Origin: a virus
Taxonomy: Duplodnaviria > Heunggongvirae > Uroviricota > Caudoviricetes
DNA length: 64,000 nt
Direction: 5' to 3' (one strand)
Virus record (IMG/VR): IMGVR_UViG_3300047560_002175
Location: 64,001 to 128,000 of that record
Of this stretch, positions 47,201 to 57,713 are shown piece after piece (within the stretch, counting starts at the first letter, position 1; the number at the start of each line of letters is the position of its first letter). A program made the position numbers and the translations under genes. The notes below the pieces were generated by a model. It searched no databases. It had not been told where the DNA came from and saw only the letters and a list, made by a program, of their open reading frames with translations.

Positions 47201-50200
47201 GGAAGTACGATGGACTTGAACTGTAAATCGATGTTCCTGCATTAGTTGTAATAAATGCAGATGTTTTTACAAATGATATTGTTGAAAACGTAGTTGCTGT
47301 AACTTGTACAGGATATGTTCCACCGTCTATCATTGATATAGTTACCGTAGAGTTTAATCTGAAAATGTACGATTGCTGTGTAGCAAATGATACCGTAGTT
47401 CCAAAGTAAATGTACAATTCAGAATCTGGAATGTTATCATTTAGAATGGTTATACTTGTAGCAGTTGACGAAAGTACATTAACAGTTTTGAAATATCCAG
47501 TATCATATTTTATTAAAGTAACGGTTGATCCAATAGTTCTTCCAGTTGTATTTGTAAATGTTAGTGTGATATTTACAGGTGCTGCAAGTGGAGTTATTGT
47601 TAAAATATCTGAATCATAAGTATACCAAGTGCTAACATTGTTTAAGGTTGATTTAGTTCTACCTGAAATTAATATAGCAGTATCTACCGATGTAATAACT
47701 GGTGTTAAGTTTTCAATAACTCCTTTAACATTCTCAAATACTTCTAATCTTGGTTTAACTTGATACGAGATTGTATCACCTCTAACTACTGTTGATTGGT
47801 TAACTTTTGAAGTAGTGAATACAGGTGTTGCATCCGATCTTAAAACTGTGCTAATTCTTGTACTACTAATTTTTGGTGTTTCAAACACTACTGTATTAGT
47901 GATTGGTGTTTTTAGCTGTTTAAATGTTACAACCTTAAATGAAGTGTTATCGCTTCTTACAACAATACTTGGTGATGTTTTATTCACTAATGGCACTATA
48001 CCTGCACTGGCTAATTTTGCAGGTGGGCTTTTAAGAATAAATGGTATAACATTTGTATCAAAGTAGCTAACAGTTTCAGTTGTAGTATTTGTACCCATTA
48101 ACATATACATTCCAGATATAGTTGGGAATGCAATAGGCATTGCAATGGTTACTGATGATGTTGTGTATGAAATTAGATCAAATATTCTATCATAGTTTTC
48201 AGCCGGTAAAATTATACGAATTTTATCAATTTTAAAATTACGTGTATTTGAAAAATACAAGGTCAATGTATTTTCCATAGAATCGTATGTTTTTATTGTA
48301 TTGTATAAATCGTCACGTAAGTACCAGTTAGCTACAGATGGTGTTGTGCTTATTCCACTTCTACCAGAAATATAAAATACATCAGATAACCATTTTACAG
48401 TTGGTGTTGTAACTACAGTTGAAACTGTTTTAGATGCATAGTTTTGTACTGATGTAAGTTTAGTAGTTGACGTAGTCTTACCAACCGCTAGTGTAGTTTG
48501 ATCTTGCGCAAGTGTACGATTATAATCATTAACAAATACCGAAGTTGGTAATGTTCTTGATAACAATTTATAATACGTATCGTGCGGAGCATGTCCTGTA
48601 GCAGAAGAAGTTTGCCATCCAGGATATACAAATGGACTTGCATTAGTAACTGTTACAATTGAATTTGTAGTATCGTAGAATCTTGATTTAACAAATGTAA
48701 CCGAATAACTTGTATTGCTCACAACTGGAAATGACAATGCATAGTTATACGTGTTTGATGCTACTTTAACATAAGTTCCAAATCCATTACCAATATAGGA
48801 TGGGAATATAGCAGTTGAGTTAATATAAATGTGTAAGTTTGAAGTACTTGTTAAATCATCTGATGTTGCAATAGTAACACTATCGGTTGTTGATGAAATA
48901 ACAGGAACTACTTTAAAATACCCAGTTGTATAATTTATTAAGGTAATAGATGAACCAATGCTATATGTAGTTGGACCAAAATATAAAGTAACAGTTGCAC
49001 TTGGTGCAAGATTTGTTAATTTGAAAATATTAGATTCAGTTGTATACCAAGAAATTACATTAGTTGTATAGGTTGCTGATCTTCCAATAATTGGAATAGT
49101 ATTTTCAATAGTTTGTGTAACATTAATCGGTTGATCATATGTAAACCCAATGTTATCAAATGTTTCTAATCTTGGTTTAGCTTGATATGCAATCGAATCA
49201 CCTCGCAGCATCGTTTGAAGTAATACTTTTGATACCTGTGGTACTGATGTTTCAACAAAACTTTTTACAGCAAACTTCTCAACAATTGGTGTTTGATTAG
49301 TATTAGTGTATGTAACTGTTTCAATATTAGTTGATGTACCCCATATTGCATACATTCCATTAATGGGTGGGAAATTCCCTGGATTTGTAATTGTTACTGA
49401 GTTAACAGTAGATGAAACAATTGTAAAAATTTGACTGTAACTTACTGTAGGTTGCATAATACGGATCTTATCACCTATCAAAGGATAAGGTGTAGGACCG
49501 TAATATAATGTTATAGTGTTACCAAGATCAGTTGTAGTTATAAAGGTATTTGATTCAAATGCATACCATCTTTGAATAGAAGGATTAGTACTAATGCCTT
49601 TAATACCAGTTATTGGAGTATTTGATCCCCAAATAACTGTAGGTGTTGATACAGTTGATGCCACACCTTTACTTGGATACATTTTATCAACTGATACTAC
49701 CTTAGCAATTTGTTTTGCTAAATTACCAGATGTAACTGTTGTTTTATCGGCAATAACTTTAACTGAAATCGATGTACTGCTAACTTTAATTTTACTTGGT
49801 TCTCCAGTTACTACAATTGCTTTTAATTTTACACTGTTAGATGGTAGTTGTACAGGTGCATCTCTTAATATAGTCAATTGTTTAGTAACATTTGAAACTG
49901 CTGGAATCTCAAACGTCTGTATATTTGATGCTTTAAATAACTTAACAATGTTGATTGAATCGTTAGCAGTGTAAGATACTGAAGTAGTAGTTACATCTTG
50001 TCCCCAAACAAAATACAATCCGGTAATAGCTGGGAAATTTCCAGGATCTTGAATTGTAATTGAGTCATATGTAGATGAAACTGGTATAAAGACTTTATCG
50101 TAACTAGTTGCAGTATTTCTAATTCTTACTCGATTAGTTTTGTTACGTATATTAGATGGGTTAAAGTATAACGTAATATAATCTGAAACAATAGTAGTTG

Positions 50201-53200
50201 AAACGAATGTATTTTTTTCAAATGCATATACATTAGCAATAGATGGATTTGTGCTAAACCCAGTTCTACCAGTAATATAAATTAGTTCATCATACCATAT
50301 TGGAGCAGTTGCACTTGTTATAGTTGATAATTCTTTACTTTGATAATTTCCAATTTTAACTGAAGTTAGAGCCAATAATTGTTTAGCAACATTGCCTTGT
50401 TTAATTTGGTTATTATCATTTGTAAGTTTAACTAGTTGTTTTGCCAATGTTCCGCTTACTGGAGCATCTACTAATTGACCTTGAAACTGTTTAACTTGTT
50501 TAATCAGTGGTACTGAATTTGGATCAGTATAAGTTACATCAGTTTGTGTAGTTGAACGACCCCATGTGAAGTACATTCCTGAGATAGGAGGAAATTCGCG
50601 TGGTGCTTCGATTGTTACTGAGTTAACAGTGGATGACACTACATTAAAGATTTGATTGTATCCAGTGTAAAGTTGTACAACACGAATTTTATCACCACCA
50701 TTATATAAAGTTCTACCTGTGTATAACGTGATGTAATTAGATGCAAGAGCAGTTGGTAAAATGATGTTTAAATCAAACTCGTACCATGCTGCAACTGATG
50801 GATTTGTGCTATGTCCACTAATACCACTAACTGTAATCTGATCTGTATACCATATTACGGTTGGGAATGTTATACTTGTTGCACGTTCTGTACTTGCATA
50901 TTTTCTATCAGATGTAAGTTTGACAATTTGTTTTGCTAAGTTGCCTGAAGTAACAGTTGTTCTATCAGATGCTACTTTAACTGATAGTGTGGTACTACTT
51001 ACTTTGATAGCACTTGGTTCAGCTTTAACTATTATTCCTTTTAATTTTACACTATCGGATGACATCTTAGCAAGTGTATCTCTTAGTGAAATTTTAGAAT
51101 TTATTAATATTCCATTAGCAGGAGTTACACTTGATGAACCTAATCCGGCTGAACCTTTGTTTAATGGTCTTAGCATTGAATAGTACAAGTTTTCTCTTGA
51201 ATTAGTTGGGATAACAGTAGTTACTACTTGAGATTGTAAGTATACCGAAGCAGTAATTCGTTCTATATACAAGTTATCCATTGGCAATATAGTTGCTGGT
51301 TGTAAGAAACTAATTGAATTGACTGTACCTGTAATTACTGTAGCAGTAATTGACATTAGGTCAGATGATATTTTTACAGTTGTGCCATTAGGATATGGAA
51401 CTGCTAATTGCGTATCAAAGAATAATGTTTTAATAGTTGCAGGCGCAGATGTTGTAGTAATAACATTATTTTCAAACGTATACCACTGTAATATGTTGTT
51501 AGTTGCTGTTATTAAGTCAGATGTTTGTCTTGTAGCAAGTAATTTAAAATCACCTGTTATTTTCGTATCTTGGAAAACTTCAAGTCTGTTAGGTTGGCTA
51601 ACATTTGTAACACCTGCAGCTCTATTACCAATTGAGTAATTAAATCCACGTAAGTTAGGTAATGTTTCAGTTGCGTACAAGTTTTCTCTTGGTAATGTAG
51701 TTTGAATAACAACACCGTATTGCATTAATTGTGAAGCAACTAATGATCTACTGTATACTGGGTTTGAAACACTAACAATTGTCATACCGCTAATACTTGA
51801 TGGAAAACCATCAACTTTTGCAAATGTTATGCTAAATGGTGTAGTTGATATTAGTTGTACAGTTGCAGAAAATCCACTTGATAACTGTTCAATTTTAACA
51901 TAGTTGTTTTCATAGAATAGTTTAACTAAACCTTGTGTTGGACTATTAAATGTTAATGTCTGTGTTAATCCAGGAGTTGGTGTAGTTGATGCAACTATTT
52001 GATTTTCGTAAATATACCAAGATACAATATCATAGACTGCAGATTGACCAGTAACTGTTACTGGATTACCTTCAACTACATTATTAAAGTTAGATAACGC
52101 ATACGATTTAACTGGGTCACTTGGTACAGTAAATTTACTGTTAGCTGTAGGAGAAGTTGAAATCCCAGTTGGAATACCAAGTGGATTCATTTTTGCATAT
52201 ATTACTACTGGTGTTGCATCACTAGAGTTTCCTGCATTAATATTAGATAAAACGCCGTATACTTCTTTATAAGTTTTTGCACTATATTTTTGAGGTACTA
52301 CTTTTGAATAGAAGAAGTAATCACATGGTCTTGATGCAGCACCATTTATAAGAATTGAATTTTGATCAATATAGTAATCAGTTGTAGCATATACCCCTAT
52401 ACCAGTATAGTTGATAGGAGGAAGTTGATCAATTTTAAGTTCGGGCAGTGTTGCAAGTTTATGTTTAAGTTTGGTTACTGTTTCAGTAGACAGTGCAATG
52501 TTATTACCTCTAACACCTAATTTAATCTTTGTTAACGCTGATGCAGGTGTTGCGAATACATGTGTATTTGTAACAGTAAGTTTCATAAGTTTAGAAACTA
52601 GTAATTGCGTTGGTTCAGATCTTACAGTTATTAGTTGTTTAGACATACTGCTCAATGATGATAGAGGATTAGGTGCAATTCCATTAACACTTCCGGTTAA
52701 TTTAATAAAATTACCAATGAGTGGAAGAACTGGTAATGATTTAGCAAATATAACCTGCTTGCTTAATTGAGAATAACTAATATCTGCCGATACTGTTTTT
52801 AATTTTGTAATTGATTTAGACAACCCTGATGACACAGGTGCTTCAAATACTTGAGAAGCTCCTGGTTTGTATTTTGTCATAGGTGACATAGAAATTACTG
52901 TTTTATCGGCTACTAATTTTGCTAATACTTTTTCTAATACAGCTGATCTAAGGTTGTTTCCAGACCCAGTACCTATAATTCGTACTCCAGATCGCAATCC
53001 AGGGCTTAAATTAAAGTAGTATAGATTTTCTCGAGGATTAACCGGTGTAGTTACTAATGAAACATTTTCTTGAGGAAATACGGATTTTGTAAAGTTATCA
53101 ATGTATGTCCCATCAGTAAGGAATGCGTCAGACGTATCTAATATTACTGAATTGTTAGTACCTAATGCCACTGTGAATAATTTTGAATATCCATTTGTAT

Positions 53201-54533
53201 TGTTTCTAAGTCTAATAGTGCTACCAGTTGGAAATGGTATTACGATTTGATTTTCAAAATATACAGTTTTAACTAATACTGCAGATGTGCCATATGTTAA
53301 AATATCAGAGTCGAATGCATACCAAATACTTGTATTTGGATTTATAGTTATAAGATCAACTGATTGGCCAGTTATTGCAAAATTCTTATCACCAGTAAGA
53401 GCTTGATGTGTAAATGTTTCTAATTTGCTGTAGCTTGCTAATAAACGAGAATCTGCAAAGAATTGAGAAGTAGAAAATTTTACACCTCTAAAGTTTGGCA
53501 AATTTTCAGATGCAAATAAGTTCTCACGGGCCTTAGTAAGATTAGAAGGAACACCTTTACTTAACATTTCTGACTGCACTACAGATTTTGGATATACTTC
53601 CATAGTAACATTTACTAATCTCAACGCTCCAGTATTTGTAGTAGGAAACCCGTCAACTACATCAAAAGTAATGCTTGCAACTGATGCTTCTCTAATTTGT
53701 ACAATTGCACCAAACCCGGTTGTATCGTATGATATTTTAATTTTTTGATCTTTCTTATATCTTATTGATCCATTTTGAGAATTATCAAAGTATAACGTCT
53801 GTGTATTAACTACAGTCCGAGGTGATGATGTTAAAATTGCAGATTCTTTAATATACCAATCAACAACATTATACCCTAGATTGTACTGTCCGTTAATATA
53901 TATTGGATTGTCAATTTCAGTTGATACGTTGTCAAACCAAGATAATTTAGGTGATACTTCTGGTAAGGTTGTAGTATTAAAGTTGTAATACCAACGTTTT
54001 GCAGATGTTGCTCCAGGTGCTGGAAAAGTAGTTGGTGCAGACGGCACAGGTGTACCTGGAAATAAATCAGTAGTAACGTTTACTAATCTAAGTCCGGCGG
54101 TATTAACTATTGGAAATCCATCAAAGATATCAAAGGTAATACTTATTGGTGTAGATTCTTTAATAGTTACGATCTTGGAAAAACCGTCTCCAAGATATGT
54201 TAGTTTAATATCAGTATTTTTTCGATATAAGATCGCCCCAACTTTATCGGTATTATTAAGATATAAGGTTTGAGTTATAACCGGAGTTCTTATTGTTTTT
54301 GTAAGAATATTGCTTACACTGCTAAGATACCAATCTGCTACATTATATGCAACATTGTATTGGCTACTTATGTAAGTAGGCGAATCAGTTTCAACTGGAC
54401 TGTTTAAATATGTTGATAATTTTCCAAAAACAGATGGAAGATCACATGAAACAAAGCTATCGGTTAATTGAAATGAGTTTGGTGCACCAGGTGCTGGAAA
54501 AATAATATTAGTAGTCATGTTATTATTTACCAA
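44220..54533 (-). CDS. giant 3437-aa repetitive virion/fibre protein
   Basis: uninterrupted 10.3-kb ORF with many WYxxE..TLYF..FP modules and eight RENL/xENL motifs. Confidence 0.75.
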   Translation of the reverse strand: MVNNNMTTNIIFPAPGAPNSFQLTDSFVSCDLPSVFGKLSTYLNSPVETDSPTYISSQYNVAYNVADWYLSSVSNILTKTIRTPVITQTLYLNNTDKVGAILYRKNTDIKLTYLGDGFSKIVTIKESTPISITFDIFDGFPIVNTAGLRLVNVTTDLFPGTPVPSAPTTFPAPGATSAKRWYYNFNTTTLPEVSPKLSWFDNVSTEIDNPIYINGQYNLGYNVVDWYIKESAILTSSPRTVVNTQTLYFDNSQNGSIRYKKDQKIKISYDTTGFGAIVQIREASVASITFDVVDGFPTTNTGALRLVNVTMEVYPKSVVQSEMLSKGVPSNLTKARENLFASENLPNFRGVKFSTSQFFADSRLLASYSKLETFTHQALTGDKNFAITGQSVDLITINPNTSIWYAFDSDILTYGTSAVLVKTVYFENQIVIPFPTGSTIRLRNNTNGYSKLFTVALGTNNSVILDTSDAFLTDGTYIDNFTKSVFPQENVSLVTTPVNPRENLYYFNLSPGLRSGVRIIGTGSGNNLRSAVLEKVLAKLVADKTVISMSPMTKYKPGASQVFEAPVSSGLSKSITKLKTVSADISYSQLSKQVIFAKSLPVLPLIGNFIKLTGSVNGIAPNPLSSLSSMSKQLITVRSEPTQLLVSKLMKLTVTNTHVFATPASALTKIKLGVRGNNIALSTETVTKLKHKLATLPELKIDQLPPINYTGIGVYATTDYYIDQNSILINGAASRPCDYFFYSKVVPQKYSAKTYKEVYGVLSNINAGNSSDATPVVIYAKMNPLGIPTGISTSPTANSKFTVPSDPVKSYALSNFNNVVEGNPVTVTGQSAVYDIVSWYIYENQIVASTTPTPGLTQTLTFNSPTQGLVKLFYENNYVKIEQLSSGFSATVQLISTTPFSITFAKVDGFPSSISGMTIVSVSNPVYSRSLVASQLMQYGVVIQTTLPRENLYATETLPNLRGFNYSIGNRAAGVTNVSQPNRLEVFQDTKITGDFKLLATRQTSDLITATNNILQWYTFENNVITTTSAPATIKTLFFDTQLAVPYPNGTTVKISSDLMSITATVITGTVNSISFLQPATILPMDNLYIERITASVYLQSQVVTTVIPTNSRENLYYSMLRPLNKGSAGLGSSSVTPANGILINSKISLRDTLAKMSSDSVKLKGIIVKAEPSAIKVSSTTLSVKVASDRTTVTSGNLAKQIVKLTSDRKYASTERATSITFPTVIWYTDQITVSGISGHSTNPSVAAWYEFDLNIILPTALASNYITLYTGRTLYNGGDKIRVVQLYTGYNQIFNVVSSTVNSVTIEAPREFPPISGMYFTWGRSTTQTDVTYTDPNSVPLIKQVKQFQGQLVDAPVSGTLAKQLVKLTNDNNQIKQGNVAKQLLALTSVKIGNYQSKELSTITSATAPIWYDELIYITGRTGFSTNPSIANVYAFEKNTFVSTTIVSDYITLYFNPSNIRNKTNRVRIRNTATSYDKVFIPVSSTYDSITIQDPGNFPAITGLYFVWGQDVTTTSVSYTANDSINIVKLFKASNIQTFEIPAVSNVTKQLTILRDAPVQLPSNSVKLKAIVVTGEPSKIKVSSTSISVKVIADKTTVTSGNLAKQIAKVVSVDKMYPSKGVASTVSTPTVIWGSNTPITGIKGISTNPSIQRWYAFESNTFITTTDLGNTITLYYGPTPYPLIGDKIRIMQPTVSYSQIFTIVSSTVNSVTITNPGNFPPINGMYAIWGTSTNIETVTYTNTNQTPIVEKFAVKSFVETSVPQVSKVLLQTMLRGDSIAYQAKPRLETFDNIGFTYDQPINVTQTIENTIPIIGRSATYTTNVISWYTTESNIFKLTNLAPSATVTLYFGPTTYSIGSSITLINYTTGYFKVVPVISSTTDSVTIATSDDLTSTSNLHIYINSTAIFPSYIGNGFGTYVKVASNTYNYALSFPVVSNTSYSVTFVKSRFYDTTNSIVTVTNASPFVYPGWQTSSATGHAPHDTYYKLLSRTLPTSVFVNDYNRTLAQDQTTLAVGKTTSTTKLTSVQNYASKTVSTVVTTPTVKWLSDVFYISGRSGISTTPSVANWYLRDDLYNTIKTYDSMENTLTLYFSNTRNFKIDKIRIILPAENYDRIFDLISYTTSSVTIAMPIAFPTISGMYMLMGTNTTTETVSYFDTNVIPFILKSPPAKLASAGIVPLVNKTSPSIVVRSDNTSFKVVTFKQLKTPITNTVVFETPKISSTRISTVLRSDATPVFTTSKVNQSTVVRGDTISYQVKPRLEVFENVKGVIENLTPVITSVDTAILISGRTKSTLNNVSTWYTYDSDILTITPLAAPVNITLTFTNTTGRTIGSTVTLIKYDTGYFKTVNVLSSTATSITILNDNIPDSELYIYFGTTVSFATQQSYIFRLNSTVTISMIDGGTYPVQVTATTFSTISFVKTSAFITTNAGTSIYSSSPSYFPQSLVFDATRPPVNARENLFYGLISPVLRSAKTYNAATTTNSVSTSKGDIRQQLFKLASDKSYASREVKSIVTTPVIKWNTPVAIIGTNSNSANTAAWYAFEFDKLTTTNLSSPNITLYFTDIFMPTIYNNISVRLIKDTGYSQTVTLISNTANSITIVKPIDFPSISNMFMQWGFDSVDATVSYTDNNNIYSISKFKSASYTTTETPVSNPVSQLLKLTADQAILKTNKVDRFTVPNNVILESPKVNFSTSKFVVKPDLSNILSNIIISTTDQRTVIVNTKPSTPSENLFYATMASGKYGKSTDNKRLADQLPTLKFGRNESVTANPNMFPIYFPTGIVNLGIGVRLSAPNEALFDLRIKPDPASLNNYYNVPTNVSVNLFNESKSSIIDWLIFEYTNVISEVVDNVGTTRTLFFAFEGVDKRFYTGHFVKIEQVDGSFSEVVEVIDSTLFSITINSIPNFPKGPIRIVSVTSPVYSKDYASSVLMPQGIIRQSTLPRENLFAAENQPNLRGVSFYNSVSLGAIGVSKTDRLEVFPADTIPGDFKIRVSLQSVDTTTTSTDTANWYANENDILHYLTGVNTVKTLYFDAQTFVPFPTGSLVKITNYPYSIYVTVIAGTTNSITIPQPTDLYVTDNLYIEKAVSSIYPQDLVVTIAPPVSPKENLYYSRIKPLNKALFHNVGELRNNNSLSSVTLPKTGIRGEPNKFTVNSTAITYNAKGEPNKFTVSKVVSATKLTSIESYVSKEVESTTVSSYLSWSNVPIYVNGINGRSTLPTIAEWYAFEERNDILSIIDSSAAYVTLYINPIPMTIDSRYIRILQPNSGYDRIFSIESVSADSVIIKNPYDLPSTSGMFFVWGKTVNQSVSTFTNNNRTPRINIFKSRSIPVFESPIWSTLSKQVVKLTSDINKFTVNTGVKYNIIRADNSFLNTVLAPKVETVAEKGIGTKIRFNDMTRIMIDSRGRVDKFITSNYHTIMNGDGVSTQKKETIQFWN

Positions 54534-54560
54534 AAAAATAGCTGCGGGTTAGGCAGCTAT
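54534..54560 (-). terminator. intrinsic terminator
   Basis: ATAGCTGC stem followed by a T-run on the minus strand. Confidence 0.7.
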
Positions 54561-54587
54561 TTCTTGTTTACCTAAACAACTGGTAAA

Positions 54588-57500
54588 TTATGCAGGAATT
54601 GCAAATCTAAAGTTGTTTACAAATACTGCAGAAGGAGTAGTACTGTTTGATGCAGTAGTATCTTCTAAACTACGATATTGTGCAGTTACAGGAACGTTTG
54701 GTGATGCTACGTTAACGATTGTAAATCTATAAGTTTCAACACCTGTTTTAGTTGATGTAACACTGTTACCAGGTGATGTAACAACCCAGTGATCAGTTGC
54801 AGGAGCAGTTGAATCATAGAAATCATTTACTGTATCAACAGTTACACTTACTGTATCCATCAATGAACCTAATGCACTTGGAATTACTTTTAAACCAAAA
54901 ATTCTTCCACGGATATCTGGATCATATGCAGGCCCCATAACAACTACTGGGCTAAACATAAAGCGTTTGCTGTTATAAACGTTAGAGTTAACAGGTACTA
55001 AATTTCCTAAGTGCGGCATTGGGAACGCGTTTGTAACTGTAGCAGTCATTAAACCTGCAGAAAGTGTACCAGGAGAATTACCATACATACCAGTTGCACT
55101 TTGTTCAATTAAATGTCCCCAACGTCCAGTAGTAATTGTACATGCTGAATAAACATGAGCATTTTTACCAATTAAGTCACCACTACTTACATGCACACGT
55201 GGGCAAGCATAGATACCACCATGTACTGACAAGTTAACACTGTTTAATGTGTAGTCACTCGGAGCAGTTGGAATTTGTGATGATCCAGTTGGGAATCTAT
55301 CAGAATGGAAGTATGCAAAGCAAGGCCATGGACTGATGTTTGGTTGTCCAGTAGGCGAAATACTTGTGAAATAGTTTACACCATTTGAAGTAGTTGTTCC
55401 TAAACCTGTACCAACGTCTTCTGGTTGTGCTCTTTCAAATTCAATACAACCTAACCATGATTTTTGTACATTTAAGAATGATTTACCTTGGATAATAAAG
55501 TATCTTGGTTTAGCAAACAAATACAAGAAACCACCTGCAGTCAGCGATGTAGTTGTACGATCGATAACAGCACTTACTGAAGCTGTGTTATCACTTAAAT
55601 CAGCTTTGTTTAAACCAACACCACCTGATTGTCCAAGTCCAGCAACCCAACGTTCGTATACAACTAAGTTATATGCACCGTCAGATGTAGCAAATGTACC
55701 TGTTGATTGCATTGGCCACCAACGGAATCCAAAGTATTTACGATCTAAGCTTTGGTTAAACAATGCAACCGATGCTTCAGCTGATTTGTTTGGAGCTGAG
55801 TAAATAAATTCAATAAACTCGTTTTGTCCTGAAGAAGGTGTTGGGCACCAAACTGCTGGAGATTGTGCTGCTGCAATTTGTGATACTGGAATTGAGTTAC
55901 GTAATGGTGTACCAAGTACTAAGTTGTATGGACCAGCACCTGTTTGTGATACGATATATGTATACAATGGAACAGTTCTAAAAATTGGTGTAATACCAAC
56001 TGTTGCTGCAAATGAATAACTTGCAGTGAATGCAGAATCAGATGTAATAGATGCAACGGTTGTGTAAACACCTGCGATACATACTTCAGCACCGACATGT
56101 AATTCAGTTCCAAATTTAGTACCATAACCTGTAACAGTTGTACCTGCACCAGTAACAGCAACTGAACCAGTTAACATAACAGGAGGTCCGCCAGCATTTT
56201 GAATTTTGATAAAGTTGTTAACTGTGTTAATACCTGAAACTGTGTTTACAGTAATTGATGTAGCACCAATTGTTGCTGCAGTAGTAACATAAGATACAGT
56301 TGAGAATTTACCAATTGCAGTTGCACCTTCACGTGTACCTTCTAATACATAACCGTGAATTTTTTTCTTTTTGTATACAGTTGACAATGCAGGAATTGTA
56401 GGCATATCTTGTCCTACGCGGAACATTGTATCACTGATGATTTGAACAACAGTTGCTTCAGTTCCATTAACAATAATATCGTCACCTACACGCAATTCTT
56501 GTGATAACACAGTATTACCTGATTGAACATACGCAATCAATGTGTCATCTTTTCTAAATGGAGATGCCGAAATTGCTTCACGAATAGTACCATCAGTACC
56601 GCCTGATGAATATGTCGGTGCAGATAAAGTTGCAGCGTTGTATGCAGTTGGAGTGAATGTACGTAATTCATCACCAATCCATACTTGACTTGCAGCTAAT
56701 GGTAAATCCCAGTAGAAGTTAGCACCAACTACGTTACCTGGTATAACTGCTGAAGCACCGGCTGCAACAGCGATAGTTCCACGTGGGTATGATTTTACTT
56801 TTAAGTTACTGTCAAAGAAATCAAAACCAGCGTTAACTGTTAGTTGTGTGTTGCTAAGAATTGCAGTAATTTGTCTAACACGACCACCGATTACAATTGT
56901 TCTACCAGCAACACCGTTGATTGCTTTGTAAATTGCTGATGCAGTTGAAATTGCAGATGCAGGCGGTACTGTTACAGTTGCAGTTGTATCATTAGTTACA
57001 GTTGCAATTGTGAAGTAGTTACTTGCACCAATTCTAATTGAATCACCAGGTTGTAATGCTGTAGTTGAAAGACCAGTACCTGTTGCAAATTGTGAATTAA
57101 CACCAGTAATAACACCGTCTGTACCAACTGTAACGGTTACTGCAGCAGTACCTGTAAGTTGTACGTCGGTTACTTGGTTTGTAAGTTCACTTAAAAAGTA
57201 TGTTCCAGTACCGTTAACGATTGTGCTGTTTAAATCCGCTGTAACTGCAACAGATCCGCTAATGATATTTGAAAAATTGTAGTACCCTGTACCAGTTGTT
57301 GTGTTGTTAGCTGTCCCCAATAAAGTATAGTTAATAACTTTAATTGAAGATGCAGTTGTAACTGCAGGGCTAAATGCTTGAGTTACAGTAAAACTTGTAT
57401 CAGAAGCAACTGATTGTACAATACGCAATTGCCCGGCAAGCATGATAGTATCGCCTGCTCTTACTTGTGTGTTAAAAATTGTGTTGTTTGTACCAGTAAC

Positions 57501-57653
57501 AGTTGTGCTTGCTGCTGTTGCTGTCCCCTGTAACGTATCGTTTCGTAACCATTTGTCAACAGTTGCGAAAGTAGGCCATTGTTCAGAACCTGTACCACTT
57601 GCTGGGTATGTGATTGCTGCACTATTTCTGCCAAGTTCGTTAAGTACTGCCAT
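54588..57653 (-). CDS. large virion structural protein with repeated GTxF..L..GDxI beta modules
   Basis: 1021 aa; late promoter ATAAATAC upstream. Confidence 0.7.
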   Translation of the reverse strand: MAVLNELGRNSAAITYPASGTGSEQWPTFATVDKWLRNDTLQGTATAASTTVTGTNNTIFNTQVRAGDTIMLAGQLRIVQSVASDTSFTVTQAFSPAVTTASSIKVINYTLLGTANNTTTGTGYYNFSNIISGSVAVTADLNSTIVNGTGTYFLSELTNQVTDVQLTGTAAVTVTVGTDGVITGVNSQFATGTGLSTTALQPGDSIRIGASNYFTIATVTNDTTATVTVPPASAISTASAIYKAINGVAGRTIVIGGRVRQITAILSNTQLTVNAGFDFFDSNLKVKSYPRGTIAVAAGASAVIPGNVVGANFYWDLPLAASQVWIGDELRTFTPTAYNAATLSAPTYSSGGTDGTIREAISASPFRKDDTLIAYVQSGNTVLSQELRVGDDIIVNGTEATVVQIISDTMFRVGQDMPTIPALSTVYKKKKIHGYVLEGTREGATAIGKFSTVSYVTTAATIGATSITVNTVSGINTVNNFIKIQNAGGPPVMLTGSVAVTGAGTTVTGYGTKFGTELHVGAEVCIAGVYTTVASITSDSAFTASYSFAATVGITPIFRTVPLYTYIVSQTGAGPYNLVLGTPLRNSIPVSQIAAAQSPAVWCPTPSSGQNEFIEFIYSAPNKSAEASVALFNQSLDRKYFGFRWWPMQSTGTFATSDGAYNLVVYERWVAGLGQSGGVGLNKADLSDNTASVSAVIDRTTTSLTAGGFLYLFAKPRYFIIQGKSFLNVQKSWLGCIEFERAQPEDVGTGLGTTTSNGVNYFTSISPTGQPNISPWPCFAYFHSDRFPTGSSQIPTAPSDYTLNSVNLSVHGGIYACPRVHVSSGDLIGKNAHVYSACTITTGRWGHLIEQSATGMYGNSPGTLSAGLMTATVTNAFPMPHLGNLVPVNSNVYNSKRFMFSPVVVMGPAYDPDIRGRIFGLKVIPSALGSLMDTVSVTVDTVNDFYDSTAPATDHWVVTSPGNSVTSTKTGVETYRFTIVNVASPNVPVTAQYRSLEDTTASNSTTPSAVFVNNFRFAIPA

Positions 57654-57713
57654 TTTTTATTCTCCTTATTAATGAAGTAAGCTCGTCACTTCGATAAATG
57701 TATTTAGTTTATT

